Of a DNA stretch of 64,000 bases, positions 1-13,052 are shown one piece after another. The stretch covers positions 806,316-870,315 of the forward strand of contig BFEA01000004.1 of assembly GCA_003427395.1 (NCBI GenBank), read 5' to 3'. A model generated the notes under the pieces. That model was not told the DNA's origin and made no database searches. It saw nothing but the letters and a program-made list of their open reading frames with translations. The first letter of the stretch is position 1. Each line of letters opens with the position of its first letter. Position numbers and translations under genes: made by a program. This DNA comes from Chara braunii. Taxonomy: Eukaryota > Plantae > Charophyceae.

Positions 1-495
1 TTCGACTTCGAGTTGGAGCGAATTCTAGGGAACAAGAACAGGGTGGACGGGCTGAGTCGAGTCGACTGGGACAAAAACCATCAGGGAGTAATCGAGGATA
101 CTCCACCAGTCGACGGATTTTTGGACAGCGAGGAGGATGTGAGACTTTACATCAACTCTTGGGCATTGGCCGTGGGTAAGTACGTTACTCCCTGGCGACC
201 TGTATGGCTTGCGCCTCCGGGACATGTACGACGGCCAGACTTGGTCCTCAAACCCTATATTGAAGAAGATTCTTGGGGAATGTCGGGCGTATGTTGGATG
301 ATGGAGTTGACCTTAGCAAGCAAGTACGAGTTGCAGGAAGACCCGCTTACAATTGAAAATGGGGCGCTACAGGTAAATAAGCACGAGAAGATAATAGGTG
401 TGGTGTACCTGCTGGCAAATGCGCTGCTTCAGGAAGAGACGGTCAGAAATACGGTACTAGACCAGGAAGAGGAGATAGAGCCGGGAGGGTCCCCG
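1..495 (+). mobile_element. Ty3/gypsy pol fragment (end of RNase H and linker), truncated
   Basis: FELERILGNKNRVDGLSRVDWD..IEDTPPVDGFLD is homologous to ELERIPGNKNRADGLSCINWD..IEDTPPVDGFLD in the pol ORF at 58884-60491. Homology stops at ~495. Confidence 0.85.
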
Positions 496-1803
496 TGTAG
501 GACCAATGCGCTCGACAACGCATAGGCATCGGGACCGTAGCGTTGCCCTGGTTTCCCATCTTACGGATCTAACTCCGACTTCCCTCACCTTAGGAGTCAT
601 TTGCATGATTCCCCTACCCATCACTTTCCTACCCTCTGTCGGCCATCACGCCCTAGTTAGGCAGCCCCGCATGCTTCATCCAGGTGCGCCCAATATACCA
701 GGCTCCCTTGTTCCCTTGCATGGTCGATCCTCCATAGCAGTCACCCCTTAGTCGAGCTTTACCCGCCCTGATGGTCTATCTGTTAGGGTCATTGGTTTTG
801 TTTGCTCCCACTTCCCTACTCATTGAGCCTAATGACATGTGTCTCCCTGTTATCTATGTGTGGATGCCCTTAGGAGTTTTCGACCCCTAGGCTGCATTTG
901 CCACCCTCAGAGACCATCCCACCCTTTGGTTTGCGACACACTTCTCATGTGACATATGATAGACTTGTTGTTGCNTGTTATCTATGTGTGGATGCCCTTA
1001 GGAGTTTTCGACCCCTAGGCTGCATTTGCCACCCTCAGAGACCATCCCACCCTTTGGTTTGCGACACACTCCTCCCGTGACATATGGTTGATTTGTTGTT
1101 GCCTTGTTGCTCTCAGACTGAGGCTACTGCCTCTGACATTTCTAGGATTTAGTTGTTCTGCTTTTGCTGTTCTTAGGACTTATACACTAGTCCGTTATTC
1201 CCAGAATGAGGCTACTGCCTCCAACACTCTAGGATCTAGTTGTCACTACTTTCTGCTTTCCTATGACATGTATGTTAGTTAGTTGCTTCTGCTTTCCTAG
1301 GACATGTATGCTAGTTAGTTGCTTCTGCTTTTACTTAGGCTGTTAGCCGTGACATTGCTGTTTTGTGACATTTTCTAGCCTAGGTTGCATCACATGGACT
1401 CAGCATGGAGCTTGCTCCGCATCCTAGACTACTCAGGTTTTTTTTTCTTTCGTAGAGTTCCGCTTCTTGGCGGAAGCGTGTTTGTATCTAGACGATCCAT
1501 CACAGGCCAAGGATCGTGTAGCGGACCTCTGGTTGGTTGGCCTGTGAGACCAGCCCCTTGGCTTGTTCTCACAGGTCTGTGTTCTATTCGGGGGCAGTCC
1601 AGTCCAGTCCAGGCCGGTNCCTCTGTCGGTACCAGCCAGTCCAGTCCAGTCCCGTCAGTCCGCTGGGGTATACCCCAGCCTGTGTCTGTTTTCGAGATGA
1701 TTCTTCACTTGCACATTTTGGAGTACTTGCGTTGGAGTCTTGCGTGGGGAGCTGCGTTGTGCCATCTCGCTCCCCCCTTCTTCCTCCATCTCCATCTCTA
1801 TCA
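496..1803 (+). mobile_element. Probable LTR (TG...CA) lying between a truncated pol and a truncated LINE
   Basis: Begins TGTAGG where pol homology ends and ends CTCTATCA where the LINE endonuclease is cut. Non-coding with internal repeats. Flanks (CCCCG / CTAGC) do not match as a TSD. Confidence 0.5.
848..1070. repeat. ~95-bp direct duplication (848-942 / 976-1070)
   Basis: Near-identical copies. An N at 975 precedes the second copy, so it may be an assembly artefact. Confidence 0.8.
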
Positions 1804-4800
1804 CTAGCGGAGCACCACACCTGGTGGGTCCGCTACATCCAACATTGCCAAAACCGAAACCCACCTCCTTTCCTCCTTGTCTACTACCCAATGCACCGGT
1901 GTTGCATGGGGGGATGGTGGGAACCAGATTGCCACCCCGGCGTTACCTGGCCTTGGGGCATGGACCCTAAAGGACTGGTATGGCCATATTAGGTGGTGGG
2001 CATGGTGATGGTCCGAGGTGTGGGTCTCTTGAATGCAGAAAACATGCATCGGACCATGTTTTCCCAGCCACGCCTCTGAGTTGTTCCCATATCGCCTGCC
2101 GTTTGTCTAGTGTGGCCGTTGCCTGGCCATTAACATTAAATGCGCGTAGGTCGAGGTCTGCCTCCTGTAGGCCTTTACTCCAGGCCGGGTCTTTTCCATA
2201 GATCAATCTCACTGGTCCATCAACAGAGTTTTCGGTCCCCCAATGCCTCCTGATTCTCTACACGGGCAGTCTCTGCCAAGTCACTGAGTCAAGGTCTGTA
2301 AGGGTTGTGAGCAGCGGGCTCTTGAGAATTTGGCATAGACAGGCTTGGACTTCCTCCTCGGCCCACGCATTGTTAGATTTCACTTTTAGAAGTTGCATGT
2401 CTAGGAGAGCTGTATGCGAGAACCATCTGAGGTCTGTCTCCCGAGCAGGATCCATTAACAACAGTACTTCCCATTGGGCCTTTGTTGTGTTGGTGCACAA
2501 CAACTTTCCTCGCACTCCTCGTACGAATGCTTTATGGATGTGAATACTGATTTCTTCCGCTAGCAATTTATCTTTCATATGTGCAGGTAGGCTGGCAATA
2601 AGGGGGTTTGAGCCCGTCAAAGTTACCCCCTCATATTTTTCCTGGGCCGGAGGTACAGTTAAGCCCACTTCCCAACTTCCTTTCTTCTTCCGGAGTGGTA
2701 ACATCAGAACCCCGTTCAGAGCAGGGACTTCTTGGTATCTCCCCTGTTCTAGCGCGTGTCTCGGTTTGCCGCGCTTGTCCCTCGATTGATGAGGCGGGGG
2801 CTCTCCCTCCTTGCGGTTGGCCCTGGAGCCATCTACAGTCCCACCTGGGTCCCCATTATCTTGTGTTGTGCCTCTAGCGGGGGTGGTTTCCCCGACATCC
2901 GGGGATCTGGGGACAGCAGGTGCCCTCATTTCCTTCCCAGTCGCCCTGAGTGGTCAGAGGGGGTTCTTGAGATTCTGTGTCTCCGAATGGTGGAACATGC
3001 TGTGCGTCCAGACCTACCTCCTCTTGAGGGGTATCTCATTGTTGGGTCAGCGGCACCATGTACTTGGACAAATGTTGGTTAACAATGGGCGGGGCTGGCG
3101 GACAGCATCGCTTGTTTACAACATAATACACTTTCTGCAGACTTTCCGACCACTCAGGGCCCTGTGGTGGACCATTTTCTAAAGTTGAGCGCAGATTGTC
3201 ACTCCCTTCTAACACCAGTACAAGCTCACGATACGTGCTGTCCCAAAAGTCTGTGGGGAGACCGGTGTACTGGATCTGCAGCCTCTGCATCAGCCAATCT
3301 GCCAAGGATTCGAGTTTAATATGCAGCGAGGCCGGCTCATATGTCTGGGACGCCGTTGCGTCTGTCATGACCACATCCAGGGGGGGAGGAGGATCCTTGT
3401 CGGTTTCTGATTCTTCTTTTTCCACCTCCATGGGTCACGGGCCGAAGGCGTCCACAAAAAGGGTTTGTGCTCTGCGCTGTAGATGGTTCGACTGAGAGCT
3501 TCCCCTGTCCTCTTGCCGACCCAAAGGAGGCGGTTGTGTTTCCCCCCTTTTGTCCTCGGTTTTCTCTGTTTGCTTGTCAGTCCCATCCTTTCCCTTGCAG
3601 GCCTCATCCAGTGAGGGCCCCTTCTTTAGATTTTTATCCTGCCATATCTGGACCACCAACTGCCTCCTCTACCTTTCGGGGGACGCCCCTCCATTGCCCG
3701 GTTGCAGAGTAACTCACGTTCTCTTGGGTTGCACCTGCAACTCGCTTTCTCTTGGGTTGCACCGTGGTCCATTCCGCCTCCTTCCTCCGGTCTCCCTTCT
3801 TAGGAAGTGTGGTTTGTGGGCTCTGTTGCTCCTGCCCCGTCCCTTGGCCCCCTTCCTTCATTCTTACTTCCAACGGTTTCGGTGGGGCCCATGCCTCTGG
3901 AGGTCGGGTATCCAAGTTTGGTTCCCCGGTGCCTTCCCACTCCCAGCCCTTGAGTGAGGGCTCTTCCACGTAAGTCCACCCCTCATGGCCCGGATCCACC
4001 GGGTGCCACCAGGTGGTTTTGAAAGGGTCCCGTTGCAGCCGTCCTGTGGTCGTGGCCATTCGGGCGGGGTGAACCGGGCAAGAGTCATCAGTACACAAGT
4101 GGCCATAGCTCTTGCATTTAAAACATCATGGCCGTAACTTGTGTGCGGTATGGATTTGGATTTTATACTCTTTCTCTCTGATTTTGTACAGAATGACGCC
4201 ATCAATGGCAAGCGGGGGGTTTGTGGGGACATCCAGAGCCAACATGAGATAGTCGTCCCGTTGTGCCACGAAGGAGGGGAGGGGATCGATGAAGTCAAGA
4301 ATCTTATAGCGTTGTCCCAGATCTTGTAAGAAGGTGGCTTGGATTTCGACCGGGATATGACGAAATTCAACCCAAAAATGTTGTGCCATCATTTGCGCCC
4401 TCCATTCCTCTGGTCCTAGCTGTTTGGGGGGAGACCTCGGATAGATTCTCACTTCCGACCGGTCACATCTTGTGATTTTCCATCCATCCATAACTTGTTT
4501 GTCCTTTTCATACATAGACAGAACCATGAAGGTGGTGGAAGAGAGGGGTTGGATGAGAAAGGAGTCTCTGGCCGCTTCTGCATCATGTTTCAATGTTTCG
4601 AGACATAGCCTTATCCACCCTATTTTATCATTTGTTGATTTGTATGCTGCGTCATCAAAGAACACCCAATTGCTTGCGTGTTTCTGATAGACCCCATCCC
4701 TATTTTCCAACTTCTCCGTCGGGAAGGTTTTTCACCAGCACTTTCTTTCCCCCTTGTTCCACCACCTTCGAGTCAGATGCACATAAGAATTTGGTTAAGA

Positions 4801-5547
4801 AGAAGGCTCACGCCGAGGCCACGTTATCCACGGGGATATGCTGATTGGGGTCACCAACTATGCCAATCCCCCTTGGAATCAAGAGGGTTTTGCCCCAGAA
4901 CGGCTTCTTTACTATTTCTGCCCAGGATCTTGACTGGGATGCTTCCCTGCCACCTGACTCGGTGCCCTGTAAGTCTCCTGCCCTTCCTTGCCCGGGAGAC
5001 GCCTGAGATTTCTTTGCCATCATCTCTGCCCAAGACCCCTGCCGTGGCGTTTCTTTGACATTTGCATTGGTGGCATGTCCCAATTGTCCCTCCTCCGTGA
5101 CACTTGTCCCTCTTTGCATAGTTGGTGTTGATTAGTTTCGACCAAGGCCAATTGTGCTCTGGTCTATGTGGCCGGGGGGTGGGGCCAGAGGATGGACCGA
5201 CCCTACCATATTAGTGTGGGGAGGTTCCCCCCGGTTATTCTCCTGCTCGGTCCATTGTGTCAGCGCCGTCTGTCCGGCCAAGGGAGCCGGTTGGCCTTGT
5301 CCCAACTGTCCAGGGTGTACTGTCGAGGGCTCGGTGGAGGGGTAAGCGTTCCCCCCCCGAGTTAACCACTTCTTTTTTAGGTACTCCCAATTTAGAGGCT
5401 GCTCGCAAATGAGAGGCCATGATCTGACGCATGGCTCCCTTGTAGAAGATCATCAAGTCAAGCCGCATGTTCCTTTTCTTCCTTCATTGCGTTCCCCCGG
5501 GCCTGGTCCTGGGGTCTGGCAGGAGCTTCCCATCTTGCCCCACCATG
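1804..5547 (-). mobile_element. Decayed L1/Tx1-like LINE: ORF1 and start of ORF2 (AP endonuclease), 3' part missing
   Basis: ORF1 pieces at 4808-5119, 4126-4710 (FWVEFRHIPVE), zinc-knuckle-like CFKCKSYGHLCTDDSC at 4078-4125 after an in-frame stop, and further pieces at 3634-4098, 3036-3431 and 2258-2929. APE motifs LRAFNVNG and (frameshifted) CIQETH...GNAGVAIW at 1804-2212. 5' end approximate. Confidence 0.8.
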
Positions 5548-7750
5548 AAAAAAAAAAAAAAAAAAAAAGGGAAGGTAATGAGCTCGAAGGTAGATTGTAT
5601 TACATCTACTTGAGGTCACGATTAATCAGGCCTATCGGGCCCTGCGCGCTCGGTTGCCGTCGTGCACGTGTATCGACCCGGGATAATGGTCATACACGTG
5701 TGCATAGGGTTGCTTACAGCCTCGAGTAGATGCCTGTCCCCGTGCTACTACCGTCTTTAGATGTTCGCCATCTTCTGCCATCTTTCTCATGCATGCACGT
5801 GCCCGCGGCGCATACAACCCACCTACAAAATTAGAATTCCTATTCTATGCGTCCTGTTATATTTCCACCGTTGAATTCTGCATGGATGGCGACTGGGGAA
5901 GTGAATCAGGGAGGGGAGAGGAGTGATAAGGGTTGACTGTGTACATACCTTCACGCCTACTTGCCTTCACGTCCCTGACGAAGGGATGCAATACCCCCCA
6001 GGCTGGCGCCCGTCCGGCTTGGGGTTCTTGCTCCTTCCTGCTCCCCGATGGGTTGCCCCCTCTTCCAGTCTCTCTCCGGCCGTATCAACACATTGACCCC
6101 GGTTGTCTGCCCTCCACCCACCTGGCCCCCACCCGTTTCCTCTTGCACGTACTGCTTCTCTCCCCACTACCCCCGTTGTCCCTTGTTCCTCCTCGTGTTG
6201 TACAGCGGGCGGTAGACGCTGCCTTCTTTTTCCTTCCGCGATAGACCTGCACGTGCTGGTTCTTGCCCCACTATACGTTGCCTCTTGTCCTCCTCGTGTT
6301 GTATAGCGGGTGGTAGACGCCTCCTTCCTCTTTCTTTCCGTGATACACCAGGTCGCCTGCAAACATATCTGTGCCCGGGTCCTCCATTCCTCTCCACGCT
6401 CTCGCTCTTCCCTGTCGGTGATGCCGGTTTTCCGCTACTCGTCCGTCCTTCCCTCTTGCACTGGCTGTCCGTGGGGGAATGCTTTCTCTGTCAGCTATGG
6501 CTGTCGCCTTTCCGCAGGCCGAAGTCAACTCCCCCACCCAGCGGTCAAATCCCAGGGGCCGTCGCCGTCTGGCGGCGCCGCTCTCGGGTCACACCTGCCG
6601 TCGCTGCGATGGCCGGTCGGGCCTGCCTTCCGGTCGCAGCGCGGCGCTAGCGCTCTTCCTGATCTGTAGTAAAGAAAATATCTCAGGGGTATTGCCAACT
6701 CTGGGCCGTACCTGCCAGACAAATGCATCCAGGGCAGACTGTCGGGGTTCAACCTCCTCATGTGTCAGGGAGAGTCCAATGAAACAGTGTGGCACAGTCA
6801 TGACTGTTGTGTATAGTGGACATGACAGAGTGCCACGTGCCATGAAATCAGGCCACCCTGCTGATTCTGCATCATCAACTGTGAAAACATGTTGGAGTTC
6901 TGTTTTGGTCAACTTGGGAGTAAGAATGCAATAGACCGAAAGTAAGCACTTGGCACTACTAAGCGGTGCATCGACTCCTGGTAGGGTAGAAGCACAGGCC
7001 TTGCTGCCAAAAATTGGTGAGTTCCACTGGCACTGCTCTTCATACCCTGTGCTTGTTTGTTCTGCCAAACAGGAAATGTTAGTAGAAATGAGGTAATGAT
7101 CAGTACTGAGTGACCACTTACCAATTTTGGTGAGGTCGGTACATCTCGTCGTCATTTTGTGACACCTTCCTTTGCCTCTTCAGCCCATGAAGAAACCTGA
7201 TGCTCAGTAAATTGTCAGAGGTTGTCCATGGACAAGACATGGGCATATAACAGCTAAACGACGAGTGTACGGAAAACACTAGTTAGCATGCGAAACACGG
7301 AACTGGTTTTATGAGCCGAAGGAAATTTAAGGAATGCATTTTCTTTGACGACTGCTCACCTCCAAAGCGCAACGCAGATTTCATTCTACGACATAGAGAC
7401 AACTCCCGCCTCGGGGGAATTTAATATTGGAGCTTTGGACTTCAAGATTTTAAAAATCATGGTTTTACATACCGCAATCTTCTAATATTGTGGTAGCTCT
7501 ATGCTATATATGGTAAGCCAGCCAGGCGCCTCCAGAGATTTTTGTTGGTTTAGTGAGGGCCACCATGCAAGTCACCGAATGAATTGCCCACTTTGCCATA
7601 GTCAAGTGGGACGTTGCAGATGTCCGCAACGAGACGGACACGACTTACTTTGCCCGGCGATGGTGAATGACGGAGGAGGCAGGCCTGCTTTCACAAACTG
7701 TTCCCCTACCCAATTGTTGCCTCTCCGCAATGTTTGTGTCTCTGATTGTT

Positions 7751-7805
7751 GCGCATTAGTAAGATGGGTTCCTCGAACCAACACCACTAGCACTGCAGGG
7801 GATGT

Positions 7806-7866
<61 letters not shown>

Positions 7867-7881
7867 CGCATTAGTAAGATG
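7751..7881 (+). mobile_element. Short retroposed insertion: ~43-nt body plus A56 tail, flanked by a 16-bp TSD
   Basis: GCGCATTAGTAAGATG at 7751-7766 and 7866-7881 brackets the body (7767-7809) and the poly(A) (7810-7865). Confidence 0.85.
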
Positions 7882-8700
7882 ATGGGAAAGCTGAGGCAAT
7901 CGCAAAGGATTGTTCAGAAGCAGTTCCCGACGCAAAGATAGGAGACAGCAATGATAACGAGAAGAAGCCATCGTGCGAGACACAGCAATGACGACGAGAA
8001 GAGGCCATCATGCAGGACATAGCAACGATGACAAGTTAATCGATGAGGACGTTGCTTACCCGTCATGCAACGTTCACACTGTAATCAGGAGGAAGATGGG
8101 GGGAAGAGGGAGAGTTAGGAAGGTAGTTTAAGAGAATCATCAAATTTAAAGTGCTGTCCCTTTTCCTTTTGTTTTTCATATATGTTGTGCCCACAATAGA
8201 GGAAAGGTATGATAGGCAAAGGACGGAAGAGATAAAAGGGAGAAATAAATGGTTAGGCGTATCAGAGCACAGGAGGGCAAGGACCCCCACAAACTGTTGA
8301 AATACAGACCCAAGTTGGAATCAAGTCACAATCAGATGACCAGAATAAAATACTTCCTAATTACCTGGGGGCTGTGGCCGATCAGTTCTTTTTTTTTTTT
8401 TTTTTGAGGGACAAATGCTCCAGTCTATTCGTGGGGAGCAACACATGCTGGGAACCGGGCCCAGCGTCCCATATAAAATGATACAAATAATTCGAAATAC
8501 CTGGGCCATTACCTGGCTTCGGCTAAAAACAATCTTAAGAATTTGAGCTGAGAACAATCTGAGAACCACAACAAAAATTCAGGATAACTACTGGTTTCGA
8601 CTAAGAACAAAAGGAAAAAAAAAAAGAAAAAAAAAGAAAAAAAGAAAAAACAATCTAAGAATCAGTTCAACAACAATATCTTTCTTTTTCTGGGGGGGGT

Positions 8701-8856
8701 AACTGCGGTGCAGTCACAAAAGCAGTTTGTAATTGCATTTCAAACTGCGTTTTAGCAGTTTAGTCAGGACCCGAGTTTCAAATGCCGTTGAAACTCAGGC
8801 TGGCCTTTTTAGCAGTTCGGCCAGGCACGTGGACTGTTGTTGTTGTTGTTGTTGCT

Positions 8857-8889
<33 letters not shown>

Positions 8890-9025
8890 TCCTCCCTCCC
8901 CTCCACCCCTTTTCAGGTGTGGCCGAGACATCTCGGCCGGGGCCCTGCCACACAACCAGATGCTTGCTTCTTTTTCCCCTCGGGCGTGGCCGAGATATCT
9001 CGGTCATGGCCCCACCACGCGACCG

Positions 9026-9058
<33 letters not shown>

Positions 9059-9190
9059 CACGTGCCTGACTGAACTGCTAAAAAAGGTCAGCCTGAGTTT
9101 CAACTGCATTCGAAACTCCGGCCCTGACTAAACTGCTAAGACACAGTCCGAAATGCAATTACAAACTGTAACCCTGACTGTGCCGTAGTT
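8701..9190. mobile_element. MITE/foldback element with ~135-bp imperfect terminal inverted repeats
   Basis: CAGTTTGTAATTGCATTTC...GGCACGTGG (8723-8832) is the reverse complement of CCACGTGCC...GAAATGCAATTACAAACTG (9058-9168). Internal poly(T) and poly(A) runs are also complementary. Confidence 0.8.
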
Positions 9191-9220
9191 TTCTCTTTTT
9201 TTTTATTATATATATATATA

Positions 9221-9280
9221 GTCAAACAGAGCTGCCCGGTAAACCGTAGGCAGAGAGGGAGAAGAGGACAACAAACGAGG
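9221..9280 (-). mobile_element. Short end fragment of the hammerhead-carrying repeat family, embedded in (TA)n
   Basis: GTCAAACAGAGCTGCCCGGTAAACCGTAGGCAGAGAGGGAGAAGAGG matches 21874 onward; (TA)n on both sides. Confidence 0.85.
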
Positions 9281-11219
9281 TATATATATATATTAACTGG
9301 TGTTCTGCCATTATGATGTCATGGAACATAACTTTTTCCTTTCACTACCTACCTGCCACTACTCCTAAGGCTATACGGCGATATCCCAAGCACATCGTTC
9401 TCGCCCTCCTTTACAAAAAGAAAAAAGAAAAAAAAAGGAGGGCAAGGGGAGCTATTGGAAGGCAAGGAAGGAAAAGGGGATTGAAACTGACAGATGGAAA
9501 GACGGCACACTGGAAAGAGGGGAGGAAGGCAAAAGATGACGAAATAAATCAACACGGAAGTGCTTAAAAGCACCAGTACGAGGCACCTCCATAGAAAAAC
9601 TTCCGCCGTTGGACACGGAGGGCCATGCTTGTGACGTACCTGCCTGATGAGGCCCAGTTCAGTTCATTCTGGCGCAGAGAATTAGGCTCTACGATTTAGG
9701 GTCCGTCGCGCTGGTGCTTCAAAAGAGATTGAAACACCTGACTGGCTCTAACAGTGCCACCGTCCGTCTGATGTTTCCCTAGAGATTGACACATGTCTTC
9801 AATTCCGAGCCTCTCCTGGCCGCGAGCTTTTGATAATGCGTCATGAAAAATCACAGACTTGGTGAAGGGAGCTGAAAGTCGGATGACAGCCTTTCAGAAA
9901 GAAACACTTCACACTCTCATTGCTGCCCAATCATTGGGCTTCAAACATATTTCCAACATGTTTACAGGCTGTGCGTAAGTGGTCTAAGAAAGGGCGTCTA
10001 TACAGAAAGTGCGTACTCACACTAGAACTTTTCTTCAAACAGGCAGATCTGGCATTCTGGACGGTCTATACAGAAAGGGCGTACTCACACTAGAACTCAC
10101 ACTAGAACTCACACTAGAACTTTTCTTTCTTAGGTACGGACAAAATTACCATCGGATGAGCCCAGATTTGGCCGTAAATGCAGTCAGATGCATTTAAGAT
10201 GAACGGTGATGTGACTACGAAGAAGCTTCAAATTCCCCGATACTGCACATGGGTGCTTGTTGAAGGGTAGATATCAAATCCGGACATGCCAAGGGAGATG
10301 TTGCTGCAAATGCAGCCAAACAAGGACAAGCCTGCAAAACGTATTTCCGACCTAGCCATGATGGCCCTGAACTAGAAGGCCCGATAATTATTGCTGCATC
10401 TAGACTAGAAGGTGCCCCAAATGCATCAAATCGCATAGGGCATGGTATTTCCTCGTCCGCTGTCTTCCCCCCACATACTTGGAGGCCTTCGTATCTGTAC
10501 CTGACTCTTCTAGCCTCTAATCCCTGAAACCACCAGCTGTTGGCCCAGCCTCGGAGAAGACGCCTGCTGGTTACTTTCAGGATATTTTGCTCCCATCCCC
10601 TTCAACAACAAAAAATAGGGAAACTTCATGGTCATGGATTACATGCCAGCGATGATGCTGCTAAACAAGGGAGAAACATTAATAACAAAAACATTTGCTA
10701 TGAAAAATAAGAAAGAAGATGGCACAAAAGCAACACATATTGCTGCCACCCCCAGTCTCAACCCCTACAATGGTACAGTATTCCACGAGGGGGCGAAACC
10801 AGGCATCGGGGGGGAAACGAGGCTGGAAAACAACTGCCGCCTTACTTCCCCATTAGACGAAAGGTTCTGAATTCGACCACTGATGGTGTTCATGTCAGAT
10901 CCGTCAGGATGGAACTCCTGCATCTGGACTCAAAGCTGTGCCCCAGATGCAGCTATACTGCCCGGGTGTTCTGCGCGTGGAACTTAGCTGCGCAATCACT
11001 CTGAACTGCAACTTCCACACTCCTCCCGCTGCACGGAAGGCCGGTCTCTCATTTCGGAGTTTCGGCACCGAATGCTGGTCTCCCATTTTTTAGAGCTATT
11101 ATCCCGGCAACAGGAGGGGTGAGCAAAAGGCAACGGCCTCTGTAACCGGCGGGGTATTGAGGCTATCATAGCAGGAGAGCTGTCACCCATCACGCCCACT
11201 TGCATGGAGATATGGCAGT

Positions 11220-11455
11220 CCTTCAGGGTTCTGATGTAGCGGTTAACACGCCCAAAATGGCCTCCTTCAGTGTTCTGGGGTAGGGGTTAACACGCCCAAA
11301 ATGGCCTCCTTCAGGGTTCTGGTATAGGGGTTAATACGCCCAAAATGGCCTCCGTCAGGGTTCTGGGGTAGGGGTTAACACCCCCAAAATGGCCTCCTTC
11401 AGGGTTCTGGGGTAGGGGTTAACACGCCCAAAATGGTCTCCTTCAGGGTTCTGGT
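11220..11455. repeat. ~44-bp minisatellite, about 5-6 copies
   Basis: Unit CCTTCAGGGTTCTGGGGTAGGGGTTAACACGCCCAAAATGGCCT. Confidence 0.9.
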
Positions 11456-11937
11456 GCTGGGCCTGCCGGAGCCCGGCTGCAGCAGGCAAACTACACGCCG
11501 ATACAGTTCAGGTGGAATCGGCGTGCAGCAAAAAACCGCTTCGCGAAAAGAAGGCTCGGACGTGTTGGTGTTTTTTAAGCTTTGTAAAGCTTCTGACGAC
11601 ATCTGCAAGGCTAACCAGAAACAGTAGAAGTGGAGGTAGGGATCATTGGCCATAGCAGTCCATCCTATACAAGGCTCAGTGAGGCTAGTTTCTGTGTCTC
11701 GACCTGGAAGTTCAGATGAGAGACACACTAGAAACACATATGCAAGAGAGCAAAATTTTCAGAAAAATAAGGACTCTCTCCATGCAAGTGGTCAACTCTG
11801 TGTCTCAAACAGTCTTCTCTGTCTGACCTGGTTTCAGCATGAGGGCACAACCAGTTTGGGAATGCAGCTGACTCCCCCAATTGAAATCACAAATCGGAAA
11901 TGGTAAACTCGTGTTGTACATGTTATGCAGTCCCTCC

Positions 11938-12010
11938 TGGCGACTCTGTCACTGACTTGCCAACTCTGTCACTGAGTTGCCGACTCTGATTTGGCGAGTT
12001 GCCGACTCAG
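11938..12010. repeat. ~20-bp tandem repeat (GCCGACTCTGTCACTGAGTT), ~3-4 copies
   Basis: Visible directly in the sequence. Confidence 0.7.
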
Positions 12011-12098
12011 TTTCAACGGAGCTGTCGCTGCTCACCGAGGATTTGATGCTTCTCCACCGTTACCCGTTTCAAAGAAAACGACAGCAACATTATGCACT

Positions 12099-12195
12099 CA
12101 TCCGTTGAAATTGGAACGATACAGAGAAGGGGAAGATTAGCATGGCCCCTGCGCAAGGATGACATGCATAAACCGAGAAATGGTTTAAAATGTTT
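12099..12195 (+). pseudogene. U6: U6 snRNA-derived copy, 5' stem-loop missing, 6-nt insertion after ACAGAGAAG
   Basis: CATCCGTTGAAATTGGAACGATACAGAGAAG(GGGAAG)ATTAGCATGGCCCCTGCGCAAGGATGACATGCATAAACCGAGAAATGG matches the plant U6 sequence. Confidence 0.92.
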
Positions 12196-12731
12196 GTACG
12201 GGTTTGCCTCCCGGACCATCGCGAAAGGTCGAGCAGGGACTCCAATGCCAGTGGCAAATGTCACGGATCCTCCCCCGCACCGCAAATCTCAAGGGTCCTC
12301 AAGACACTTTTGAGGGGGCAAACGAGTACGAACATTTTGTCGCCCGGTCTATAACTTTTCCCAAAAGAAAACAACCCTCACCTGAGTGTCCTCGTTTTTA
12401 ATGTTTTTCCTGGCAGTTAAATACAGCGGACTGAGGACATAGTCACGTTGGTACTTGTTGCAATTACGGCCAAACCTGGATGAATCTGACTGCACTCGTG
12501 TCCCGAACTTAGTCCAGAAAGTCCTAGTGTGAGTGCGAGTATGCCTTGAGAAGCATTACTCTGTGGCTGTTTTTGAGATTATAGCTGTTAGGGGTGGAGT
12601 TCCGGATGGTGCGCGTCAAGCTTTCCAAACTGCCGCCAGCACCCTTTTTTTTGGGGGGGGGTCGTGCTGCCAGCCATTGTGGTCGAGTAGGCCCGAGGCA
12701 CAAAATTTTTCGGACCAGGCAAACAAACATT

Positions 12732-13006
12732 TTAAACCACCAGTACCTCGGCCAGCTATTGAATCCGAGCCTGAATTTGCCCTGTGGGCAGGTCCATCTG
12801 AACGGACAACAGATGGACCTGTGTTCAGGCCAAATTGGCAAGTAATGCAGTTCGGTCTGTTTTTTTTTTTTTTTTCGTTTGCTGCTTTCGCTTTCCGTAC
12901 AGTCACCGCGGGTCTGGTGCTCCCTGCGGATGGTGCGTGGCCATGGCCGTCCGTTTCCCGCCTCCACCTTCATCGTGGCGTGCCCTCTTGCCTGCCATGG
13001 CCGTCC

Positions 13007-13052
<46 letters not shown>

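Noticed and set aside
9645-9690. CTGATGA as a hammerhead core
   Set aside because: No GAAA after a stem II and no stems I/III.
6589-11737. Possible minus-strand spliced gene (open frames near 6.6-7.1, 9.7-9.9, 10.2-10.6 and 10.9-11.7 kb)
   Set aside because: Some splice-like signals, but no recognisable homology or consistent exon chain.
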